Shown here: positions 29,406 through 37,297 of the stretch, piece by piece
Layout: every line of letters starts with the position of its first letter
Numbering within the stretch: position 1 is the first letter of the stretch
Assembly (NCBI GenBank): GCA_965214105.1
Contig: OZ243934.1
Span: 96,374-160,373, forward strand
From: Phototrophicaceae bacterium
Lineage (GTDB): Bacteria > Chloroflexota > Anaerolineae > Aggregatilineales > Phototrophicaceae
Length of the DNA stretch: 64,000 nucleotides
Direction of reading: 5' to 3'
Program-made: the position numbers and the translations under genes
The notes under the pieces: model-generated
Told to the model about the DNA's origin: nothing
What the model saw: only the letters and a program-made list of their open reading frames with translations
The model's database searches: none

Positions 29406-30476
29406 TCAATCGGAATAGACCGCCTCGCTCAAGCGCCAGCTGGCGCGCGCCTCGATATCAAGCGGGCTGCGATGCCCCATCAAATAGCGGACATGAGCCG
29501 CCGCGCCAATCATAGCGGCGTTGTCCGTGCAGAGAAATAGGGGCGGAAAACATACTGGCACACTGAGGCGGTCCCGAAGCTTCTGGCGCAACATCGCATT
29601 CGCGCTAACGCCGCCTGCCAGATACAGGGCATTCACAGCGAAATCCCGCGCGGCGCGGCTGGCGCTGTTCACCAGAGCGTCGGTAAGCGCATCCTGAAAG
29701 GCCGCCGCGACATCGCTGATATTCAGGCCAGCGCGCAATTGCGCCCGTTTCTCGGCGCGGCGCAATCGTTTGCCGCGCTGGCGAGCGCTGGGCTGGATGG
29801 TCGATGCGCGCATCACCGCCGTCTTCAAGCCGCTGAAGCTGAAGTCATAGGCGCCTTTGGTCTTGGCGCGCGGGAAGTGATAGCGCCCGATAGCGCCAGT
29901 TTTCGCCGCCTCTTCGATGGCCGGCCCGCCGGGGAAGGGCAAGCCTAGCAGGCGGCCAACCTTGTCAAAAGCCTCGCCAGCCGCGTCATCTATCGTCCCG
30001 CCGATGCGCTCATAGACCCCGTGCGCAGGCATGACCAGCAGCTCGCTGTGCCCACCCGAGACGATCAAAGCCAGAACGGGGAATGCAAGCTCGCGAAAGT
30101 CTGGCGCCAGCCAAAGCGAATAGACATGCCCTTCCAGGTGGTTGATGCCAAGCAGCGGCAGACCCGTCGCCAGCGCCAGCCCCTTGGCGAAGTTGAGGCC
30201 CACAAGCAGCGAGCCGACCAAGCCAGGACCTTGCGTGACGGCGATGGCATCGAGCTCGGCATAAGTCATATCGGCTTCCGTCATCGCCTGCGCCGCCACC
30301 GCGCTGATGGTTTCGGCATGGGCGCGCGAGGCGACCTCGGGGAAGACGCCCCCATATTGGGCGTGCAGGTCAATCTGCGAAGCGACAATGTTCGAGCGGA
30401 TCTTCGCCCCATCGCTGAGGACAGCGGCGGCGGTTTCATCGCAGGACGTTTCAATAGCGAGGATGGTGGGCATGGT
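29406..30476 (-). CDS. tsaD: tRNA N6-adenosine threonylcarbamoyltransferase
   Basis: ILAIETSCDETAAAV, GINHLEGH, SGGHSEL. ATG at 30476 (MPTILAIE). Confidence 0.95.
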   Translation of the reverse strand, partial: TMPTILAIETSCDETAAAVLSDGAKIRSNIVASQIDLHAQYGGVFPEVASRAHAETISAVAAQAMTEADMTYAELDAIAVTQGPGLVGSLLVGLNFAKGLALATGLPLLGINHLEGHVYSLWLAPDFRELAFPVLALIVSGGHSELLVMPAHGVYERIGGTIDDAAGEAFDKVGRLLGLPFPGGPAIEEAAKTGAIGRYHFPRAKTKGAYDFSFSGLKTAVMRASTIQPSARQRGKRLRRAEKRAQLRAGLNISDVAAAFQDALTDALVNSASRAARDFAVNALYLAGGVSANAMLRQKLRDRLSVPVCFPPLFLCTDNAAMIGAAAHVRYLMGHRSPLDIEARASWRLSEAVYSD

Positions 30477-30510
30477 CGGGCATTGTAGCACTGAAATTGA
30501 TGGGCGCGGA

Positions 30511-30518
30511 TGTATAAT
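30511..30518 (+). promoter_or_regulatory. extended -10 promoter candidate (TGTATAAT) for the ATPase/TOPRIM cassette
   Basis: TGTATAAT lies 39 nt upstream of the ATG at 30557. No convincing -35. Prediction is from hexamer match only. Confidence 0.25.
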
Positions 30519-30556
30519 ACGGGGCGAGTGAGAGGCTCCGCGTGGGAAGGTGCGCT

Positions 30557-31651
30557 ATGTACAAGTCATTTCGGGTGAAGAATTTCCGCTGCTTCAAGGA
30601 CTTGCAGATCAGCGATTTGGGACGGGTGAACCTGATTGCGGGCAAGAACAACACGGGCAAGACGGCCTTGATGGAGGCGATGTATATACTTACCAAGCCA
30701 TTAATACCTCAAACACTTTTCGACCTGTTGAGGATTCGCGGCATTGAAGTCGGAACCAATCGCAAAGAGGCTTGGTCACTATATTTCCACAGACGCGATA
30801 AAAGCCATGCTATCGAACTAATAGCAGACCAGAACATTCCGACAACACTCAGCAAATCTTTGTTGCTCAGTGAAGTTCCAACTGATGATGAATATACAGA
30901 ACATCTCAATAAGTATCTACTCAAGGCGAGAGAACTGGGATTTCTTCAAGATAATAGTTCATTCACTCTAGGATTTGACGATGCTCTGCTGAAGTTCTTG
31001 CTGACGCACTGCAAAGATATGACGGAGATATATTTGCCATCACGATCTGAATTGCCTATCTATGCTAAATCTCTTGGACAATTTGAGTCATATTTTAGTC
31101 CAGCAACAGGCGGCCAATCCAATCAAGAATTAGCGGATGTTTTCAGCATGTCGGTCAGTGAGAACAGAATAGATGAGCTAATAGAGTTGCTCAATATTTT
31201 CGAGCCAAAACTAAACAATCTATGGCTGCTCACTATTCCCGGCGGCTTGACAATTTGGGCTCATGTAAATGGAAATCGTTTTCCCCTTCAATCTATGGGG
31301 GGGGCAACAAATCGTATTGCCCAGATTTATATGACACTTGTGGCGAGGCGGCCGCAAGTCATCTTCATCGACGAAATCGAAAACGGCATCCACCACAGTG
31401 TACAAAAGCAAGTCTGGCAAGCCATCGGGCAGCTAGCTCGTGAACAAAACATCCAGGTCTTCGCAACAACACATAGTTACGAAATGATAGAAGCTGCTCA
31501 CGAAGCTTTCAAAGGCGACGACCCGTATGATTTCCGCTTTCACCGCCTAGATAGAGACATCGAAACCGGGAATGTCAAAGCAGTGACTTACAACGATTTC
31601 GGTATGAAGGCGCTGGCAAACTTTGACTTCGACCATGAGGTACGCGGATGA
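30557..31651 (+). CDS. ABC-type (AAA_21/AAA_15-like, RecF/SMC-fold) ATPase
   Basis: Walker A AGKNNTGKT, signature-like QSMGGATNR, Walker B VIFIDEIENGIH, H-loop FATTHS. GGAAGG RBS lies 6 nt before the ATG at 30557. Markedly AT-richer than the flanks. Confidence 0.85.
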   Translation: MYKSFRVKNFRCFKDLQISDLGRVNLIAGKNNTGKTALMEAMYILTKPLIPQTLFDLLRIRGIEVGTNRKEAWSLYFHRRDKSHAIELIADQNIPTTLSKSLLLSEVPTDDEYTEHLNKYLLKARELGFLQDNSSFTLGFDDALLKFLLTHCKDMTEIYLPSRSELPIYAKSLGQFESYFSPATGGQSNQELADVFSMSVSENRIDELIELLNIFEPKLNNLWLLTIPGGLTIWAHVNGNRFPLQSMGGATNRIAQIYMTLVARRPQVIFIDEIENGIHHSVQKQVWQAIGQLAREQNIQVFATTHSYEMIEAAHEAFKGDDPYDFRFHRLDRDIETGNVKAVTYNDFGMKALANFDFDHEVRG

Positions 31652-32328
31652 CGCAGTTGATCCCGGCCGGGAAGACCCGACTACTGTTAGTAGAGGGACG
31701 AGACGACAAAGCGTTCTTCATCCAGCTAGGTAAGCATCTTGGTTTCGATGACGCGACACCAATCCACATTCTAGAATACGGTGGCAAAGATGGAATCGCC
31801 CAGCGCTTATTCCAGTTGACTCAACTGCAAGAATTTGGCAAGGTTTCCGACATTGGTGTGGTACGCGACGCGGATTATGAGACTGACGCCTTCCAGAGTA
31901 TTCAAGACGCAATACGCACCTGCAATCGCAACAGCCCCTTAGAGTTGCCCGTCCCGCGATTTGCGATTGAGCCCACATGTGGGCAGCCAGCAATTTCTGC
32001 GTTATTGCTACCGGCAATCGGCCGCGAAGGCATGCTGGAAGATTTGGTGCTTGAGGCGCTAAGCGACGACCCTGTGATCACTTGCGTCGACGAATTCTTT
32101 GCATGTTTACAGCGATCCGACATCCAAGTCGCCAAACATCGCCTGCCCAAAGCCAAAGCCCGAGTCTTCATCAGCGGTAAGAACGCATCCGATACGGCAG
32201 TGGGCGATGACATCAGCAGAAAATACTTCTCCGATATCTACCGAATGAGTTGGTGGAAACCAGAATATTGGGACCACCCCGCCTTCGACGACGCCAAAGC
32301 CTTCCTCAGCCAACTCCTCGCCGACTAG
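31648..32328 (+). CDS. TOPRIM-like protein (DUF3226/DUF4276/RloB/DUF4435 class; exact family unresolved)
   Basis: N-terminal RLLLVEGRDDKAFF (conserved Glu16), VVRDADYE (D74-x-D76), downstream acidic GMLEDLVLE. ATGA overlap with the ATPase stop. Confidence 0.7.
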   Translation: MTQLIPAGKTRLLLVEGRDDKAFFIQLGKHLGFDDATPIHILEYGGKDGIAQRLFQLTQLQEFGKVSDIGVVRDADYETDAFQSIQDAIRTCNRNSPLELPVPRFAIEPTCGQPAISALLLPAIGREGMLEDLVLEALSDDPVITCVDEFFACLQRSDIQVAKHRLPKAKARVFISGKNASDTAVGDDISRKYFSDIYRMSWWKPEYWDHPAFDDAKAFLSQLLAD

Positions 32329-32389
32329 ACCCGCCACCGCCAATTGTGGTAAGCTGATAATAAGCAAAAACGTTCCCGCCGGAGCGCCT

Positions 32390-33766
32390 ATGACCACCCT
32401 CAACCACCGCCACGGCTGGCTGCTTAGCGCAGTGGCGGGCGTTCTCATATTTGTCGCTTTCACCGCTTGGGGCGGCTCCCCAGCCGAGACGAACCTCGGC
32501 TTATTTTGGCTGCAGGCGGGGCTTTTCTTGCTGGTCATCTGCGCCTTCGTTCTGGCATTTTGGCATCTGCTGCTGCGCCCCCTCGCGCCGAACCTGCGCC
32601 AGCCCTACCCCGATAGCCTGTCGCTGCAAGCGCGCCAGGCACTTTCCTTGATTCTGGCAAGCGGCGGCATCGCGACTTACATTGGCGGCGTCTGGGATGA
32701 ATTGTGGCACCGCAGCTATGGCATCCCCTTCGGCGAGGATCTGTTCTGGCGTCCTCATCTGCTGATGTATTTTGGCTTTGCCACGGCGGCCCTCGCCGGC
32801 TTTTGGGCGCTGCGCTATCTAAATCGCCAGCTGCGCGGCAGTTTTCAGCAGCGCTTCCGCTCGAACAAGCTGGTTGGGCTGCTGATTTTGAATGCCGCCT
32901 TCTTGCTTTACGCCCTGCCAGCCGACCCACTGTGGCACTGGATTTTCGGCGAAGACATCACCGCCTGGAGCATTCCGCATCTGATTCTCTTGCTGAGCTT
33001 CATCCTGACCCAATTCCTGGCTTTCTGTTTATACGTATCGACAAGCCCGCTTGAGCCCTGGCGGACGATTCTCTCGCTGCGGGCTCCTGATTTGTTTTCC
33101 CTGCTGATCCTGGCTGGCATTCAATTGCTCTGGCTGCAGCTGATGCTCATCGATTGGGACGCGACCTTGGCGGGCCTCCGCTTTGAGTGGCTCGGATTGT
33201 ATCGTCCCGAGTGGCTGCTGGCGGCGAATCTGCTGGCTTGCCTTGCCTTCATCGGCGTCCTCGCCACCCGTGTCTTGCGCTGCGCCGGCGCGGCGACGGC
33301 TGTGGGATTGCTCGCCCTGGTCATTCGCGTCGGCTTGATTGAGCTCTTCGATGCGGACATGCTGCAATTCGTCGCCTGGGTTGCGGCGCTGCTGCCTTTG
33401 CTCGCCATCGACATCTGGGCCTATTACTGCAGCGCTATCCGCCAGCGCGAGCCGGGCTGGCGCGGCACCGCGCTGGTCCTCATCGCCGCCATGGCGATCA
33501 ATGCCCTGGTCATCCGCAGCCTCTACAACCTGGGCGATTCGGACAATCTGAGCTATGCCGCGGCGGTCATCGTCACCAGCATCGGCATGAGCTGGTTCGC
33601 CAATCGGGTGGCGCAGGCTTTGCTGCGCCAGCGCGAACCAGCCAGCGCCGCCATTGGCTCCATTGGCCCAGCCAAGAACATCCAGCCGGCGCTATCCTTC
33701 GGCATAATGGCTGCTTTTCTCGCCTTCATTTTCTTCTTCATCACGACGGCGGCGCCGCCCCTTTGA
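32390..33766 (+). CDS. polytopic membrane protein of unknown function (~12 TM)
   Basis: 458-aa hydrophobic ORF. Internally repeated motif: DELWHRSYGIPFGEDLFWRPHLLMYFGF and DPLWHWIFGEDITAWSIPHLILLLSF. Confidence 0.6.
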   Translation: MTTLNHRHGWLLSAVAGVLIFVAFTAWGGSPAETNLGLFWLQAGLFLLVICAFVLAFWHLLLRPLAPNLRQPYPDSLSLQARQALSLILASGGIATYIGGVWDELWHRSYGIPFGEDLFWRPHLLMYFGFATAALAGFWALRYLNRQLRGSFQQRFRSNKLVGLLILNAAFLLYALPADPLWHWIFGEDITAWSIPHLILLLSFILTQFLAFCLYVSTSPLEPWRTILSLRAPDLFSLLILAGIQLLWLQLMLIDWDATLAGLRFEWLGLYRPEWLLAANLLACLAFIGVLATRVLRCAGAATAVGLLALVIRVGLIELFDADMLQFVAWVAALLPLLAIDIWAYYCSAIRQREPGWRGTALVLIAAMAINALVIRSLYNLGDSDNLSYAAAVIVTSIGMSWFANRVAQALLRQREPASAAIGSIGPAKNIQPALSFGIMAAFLAFIFFFITTAAPPL

Positions 33767-34548
33767 GCTGGCGCAAAAGCGGTATACTTAGGCGCGTGAC
33801 CCCAAAAGAGAGAGGTACCCGCCCCGCGCGTATCGCCGCTGCTGTGACCTGGCTCATGCTGGTCCTCTTGGCCGGGGCTGGCTGCAGCGCGGTTGAGCTG
33901 TACCGGGGCAATGCCAGCGCCACCGCCGCCGAAGCTGAAGCCGCCGCAACGGAGAACCCAACCATCTCGGCGCTGGCAGGTGCCCTGCTCTCGGCCGAAG
34001 CGACGCGGCAAGCGCTATCGAACAGCGCCACCGCCTCAGCCGCGCTGCCGGAGTTGACGCCGGCGCCACCGCCCGCTATCGAAGAAGCGAACTTCTTTCC
34101 CGCTTCAGCCGAGAGCCGGCTTTATGGCAAGGTACCCATCGACAGCGACCGCCTGAATATCATTGCCGCGCTCGCCATTGACGCTGACGGGCAGCTGCTG
34201 GCCGCCACCCGCGCCGGTGAGATATACGCCCTGCCCGATAGCGATGGCGATGGCACCGCCGATGAAACGCGCCAGATTTTTGCCGATGAGGCGCAGGACC
34301 TGGGGCAAGTTGCCGGCATGATCGTCCGCGGCGAGGGGCTGATTCTGCTAAATGGCGAGCGGCTCAGCCTGCTGCGCGACCTGGACGGCGATGGCATAGT
34401 CGACAGCGTGACGCATCTCAGCGAGGGGCTGCCGGCCGATCAAAGCCCGCTGCAGGCGAGCAACGGCATCCTGCAAGCGCCGGATGGACGGCTCTTCAGC
34501 GTCGATATTAGCGCCGGCGAGATTTTTCAAATTGTCCTGCGCGAGTAA
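33763..34548 (+). CDS. putative lipoprotein with beta-propeller-like DGDG repeats (start uncertain)
   Basis: Lipobox-like LLAGAGCS. Repeats include DADGQLLAAT, DSDGDGTADE and DLDGDGIVDS. A TTG start overlaps the upstream stop. Confidence 0.5.
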   Translation: MSWRKSGILRRVTPKERGTRPARIAAAVTWLMLVLLAGAGCSAVELYRGNASATAAEAEAAATENPTISALAGALLSAEATRQALSNSATASAALPELTPAPPPAIEEANFFPASAESRLYGKVPIDSDRLNIIAALAIDADGQLLAATRAGEIYALPDSDGDGTADETRQIFADEAQDLGQVAGMIVRGEGLILLNGERLSLLRDLDGDGIVDSVTHLSEGLPADQSPLQASNGILQAPDGRLFSVDISAGEIFQIVLRE

Positions 34549-34568
34549 GCGAGTAGCGCCCTATGCCC

Positions 34569-34859
34569 CCAGGACAATCGCTTCAACTGTTTTTCGCCAC
34601 AGAAACACAGAGAGCGCAGAGATTAATGTCTTTTGTTGGCGATTGTCACATCAATCTTGAAGATGTAGGGGCGACATTGAGTAGAACCAAGTTAGTCATG
34701 CAAATAACAATTCCGCAAGAAAACTCCCCTTCTCTAGCTTGCTGGGGAAGGGACCGGGGGATGGGGTAGAAAAGCGACATTTCTTTACTTGCATGACTTA
34801 CTTATAAGTACTTCTCTGTCTTTGTGGCGAAAAAATTTTGAGGAGATTGCACTGCCTGG
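34569..34859. repeat. C-type MITE-like element with ~45-bp imperfect terminal inverted repeats
   Basis: The left end is CCAGGACAATCGCTTCAACTGTTTTTCGCCACAGAAACACAGAGAG. The reverse complement of the right end is CCAGGCAGTGCAATCTCCTCAAAATTTTTTCGCCACAAAGACAGAGAAG. An internal long dyad (AGTCATGCAA / TTGCATGACT) encloses the CCCCTTC...GGGGAAGGG hairpin. Confidence 0.7.
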
Positions 34860-34924
34860 GGCAGCTAGGAGCGAGCTGACGCTTGAAAATGGCGCGGGAA
34901 GCTGGCATACTGGCGCGCGCTCAA

Positions 34925-34996
34925 GGGCGCGTGGCGCAATGGCAGCGCAGTTGACTTTTAATCAATTGGTTGCAGGTTCGAATCCTGCCGCGCTCA
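34925..34996 (+). tRNA. tRNA-Lys (anticodon UUU)
   Basis: Hand-folded cloverleaf. Acceptor GGGCGCG/CGCGCTC (one G-U). D stem GCGC/GCGC. Anticodon stem GTTGA/TCAAT with loop CTTTTAA. T arm GCAGG-TTCGAAT-CCTGC. Discriminator A. CCA is not encoded. Confidence 0.9.
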
Positions 34997-35081
34997 TTCA
35001 TGACTATACTATCGTGTGAATCCGCATCATCTTGGCTTAGCTAAACGCATGTTTCCCACGCAGGAGGAAAGCTGAAAGAAA

Positions 35082-37295
35082 ATGACGAGCAAACATTGTC
35101 GCCTTCACGTGCCTATGACTCCGTCCCCCCGCCCGCAAATATGTTCTCATTTCAGCTTTCTCGCCCTCTGCCTGATCGCGCTCGCCACAGTCTTCGGCGC
35201 GCCCAGACCGGCCCAAGCCCAAAAGCCGGCTGCCCCCAGCAATTTTCGCCTGCTGGAATTGAGCGCCGACAGCATCGTTCTCGCCTATGATACTGTGGAC
35301 GGCGAAACACTCTCCGGCTTAACCAGACGCAATCCAGATAGTATCTCCTCTTGGTTTGCGGTTTCGTATACAACAGCGAGAAGCTCCGGAACGACAAAAT
35401 TAACGCTAGGCAGCACGGAACGGCAAGCTGTCCATGTGGCGGGTCGTACCTCAGAATATCGATTGCAGGTATATACGAATAGTCAATTGACTGTATACAC
35501 TGAATACGCGTACTTGTCCATATATGTGCCGCCGGCTGCGCCTAGCAGCTTGAGTGCGACCGCCGCCCAAACCAGCCTCACGCTCAGCTGGACCAACCCA
35601 AGCAGCGACAGCGCGGTCAGCGCCCAAGTAATGATCCGCCCGGATAGCGGCAGCTGGCCCTCATCCTGGACCGTCGCCGGCAGCGCTACCAGCCATACCT
35701 TCAACGGCTTGACGGCCGATACCAATTACGAGATGCGCGTCCGCGCCACCAACTCCGCCGCTGACGCCGGTCCCGCCGCTTCGCTCAGCAAGCGCACGCT
35801 GGCTGCGCTGGGTGCGCCTTCAGCTACACCGACGTCTACGTCTACACCGACGTCTAGTCCTACGCCGACGCCCACGTCTACGCCTACACCGACGTCTGTG
35901 CCGGCGCCGTCCGCGCCGACGGGCTTGAGCGCCAGCGGCATCACGCAGACCAGCATCACCCTCAATTGGACGAAATCCAGCGGGGCGACCTATTATGAAG
36001 TCCGCCGCGGCACAACTGGCAACTTCACGCGCCTGGGCGATGTGGCGTCGCACATTTTCACCGGCTTGAACGCGGGCACGAGCTATACGCTGCAAGTGCG
36101 CGCTGGCAACACCGGCGGCACCTCTGCCAGCGTGCAGACAACCGCCAGCACCAACAATGTCCCAGCGCCGTCCAAGCCAGCCGCGCCGACGGGCTTGAGC
36201 ACCAGCGGCAGCACGCAGTCCAGCATCACCCTCAGTTGGACGAAATCCAGCGGGGCGACCTTCTATGAAGTGCGCCCTGGTACAACTGGCAGCTTCACGC
36301 GCCTGGGCGATGTGGCGACTTACACTTTCACGGGCTTGAGCGCGGACACGAGCTATACGCTGCAAGTGCGCGCCGGCAACACCGGCGGCACCTCTGCCAC
36401 CGCGCAGACGACCGCCAGCACCAGCAACGGCGATGCCTTGCCGGCAGATATTGTGCAGCCGACAATCGACCCACCACCAACCAATCCGCCACCAACCAAC
36501 CCACCGCCAACCAATCCGCCGCCAACCAATCCACCACCAACCGACCCGCCGCCAACCGATCCACCACCAACCGACCCACCGCCAACCGATCCACCGCCAA
36601 TCAACCCAACGCCAACCGACCCGCCGCCAACCGACCCACCAGCGGTTGAGGACTCGCCAGCGCAAACTTCACAAGATTCGGGAGAGGAGCGCCAAGCCAG
36701 CGACTCCAGCCAACAGACAGCGCCAACAGCACAAGCGACGCAGAGCCTCACCCAAACTTTGAACAACCTGCCGCCGGGCATCGAGGTCAACAATTGGGCA
36801 ATGGGCACGCAAGGCAAGCGCGTTGACGCCCGGGGCGTCGGCAACCAGGCAATCATCGAACAAGGGCTGCTGGATGCGATTGATATGTGGGGTTATATCT
36901 CGCCAGGCACCGAGGTCTGCTTCGCGCAGCATGGCAAGCTGGTGCTGCTGGACGCCGCTTATTCGCCGCGGCTGGCAATGCCGCTGGCTGCTTATCAGCG
37001 CGATGGCATGACCTGCGCCACCATCGACCGCGCCGGCACCGTCGTGCTGCTGCAAAGCGCCGCGCCCTTGCCAGCCAGCCAGGACCTGGCGCCGCCGATG
37101 GGCAATTGCATGGTGCAGCTGCTGTATCCGCTGAACTTCCGCGCCAGGCCGGCCGGGCAGATCATGCAAGTCTTGCCGGCCAGCATCCGGCTAAGCGTTT
37201 TGGACTATCGCGAGGGCTGGTACCAGGTTGATTTTTATGGTCAGCAGGGTTGGCTCAGCGCCAATTATGTACAAGCGCAGGGCGACTGCGGCTGA
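35082..37295 (+). CDS. secreted protein with multiple fibronectin type III domains, PT/PPTNP linkers and C-terminal SH3b domain
   Basis: Signal-like N-terminus. Repeated PSAPTGLSASGITQTSITLNWTKSSGATYYEVR FN3 modules. The C-terminal end LSVLDYREGWYQVDFYGQQGWLSANYV is bacterial SH3-like. Confidence 0.8.
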   Translation: MTSKHCRLHVPMTPSPRPQICSHFSFLALCLIALATVFGAPRPAQAQKPAAPSNFRLLELSADSIVLAYDTVDGETLSGLTRRNPDSISSWFAVSYTTARSSGTTKLTLGSTERQAVHVAGRTSEYRLQVYTNSQLTVYTEYAYLSIYVPPAAPSSLSATAAQTSLTLSWTNPSSDSAVSAQVMIRPDSGSWPSSWTVAGSATSHTFNGLTADTNYEMRVRATNSAADAGPAASLSKRTLAALGAPSATPTSTSTPTSSPTPTPTSTPTPTSVPAPSAPTGLSASGITQTSITLNWTKSSGATYYEVRRGTTGNFTRLGDVASHIFTGLNAGTSYTLQVRAGNTGGTSASVQTTASTNNVPAPSKPAAPTGLSTSGSTQSSITLSWTKSSGATFYEVRPGTTGSFTRLGDVATYTFTGLSADTSYTLQVRAGNTGGTSATAQTTASTSNGDALPADIVQPTIDPPPTNPPPTNPPPTNPPPTNPPPTDPPPTDPPPTDPPPTDPPPINPTPTDPPPTDPPAVEDSPAQTSQDSGEERQASDSSQQTAPTAQATQSLTQTLNNLPPGIEVNNWAMGTQGKRVDARGVGNQAIIEQGLLDAIDMWGYISPGTEVCFAQHGKLVLLDAAYSPRLAMPLAAYQRDGMTCATIDRAGTVVLLQSAAPLPASQDLAPPMGNCMVQLLYPLNFRARPAGQIMQVLPASIRLSVLDYREGWYQVDFYGQQGWLSANYVQAQGDCG
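36471..36640 (+). repeat. ~11 x 15-bp in-frame tandem repeat (PPTNP/PPTDP)
   Basis: Read directly from CCACCACCAACCAAT/CCGCCACCAACCGAC units. Confidence 0.85.
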
Positions 37296-37297
37296 AA

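Noticed and set aside
30505-30541. Stem CGCGGA...TCCGCG spanning the putative promoter of the ATPase cassette, as a possible regulatory hairpin
   Set aside because: It is only 6 bp with a 25-nt loop. There is no supporting conservation, and it may be fortuitous.
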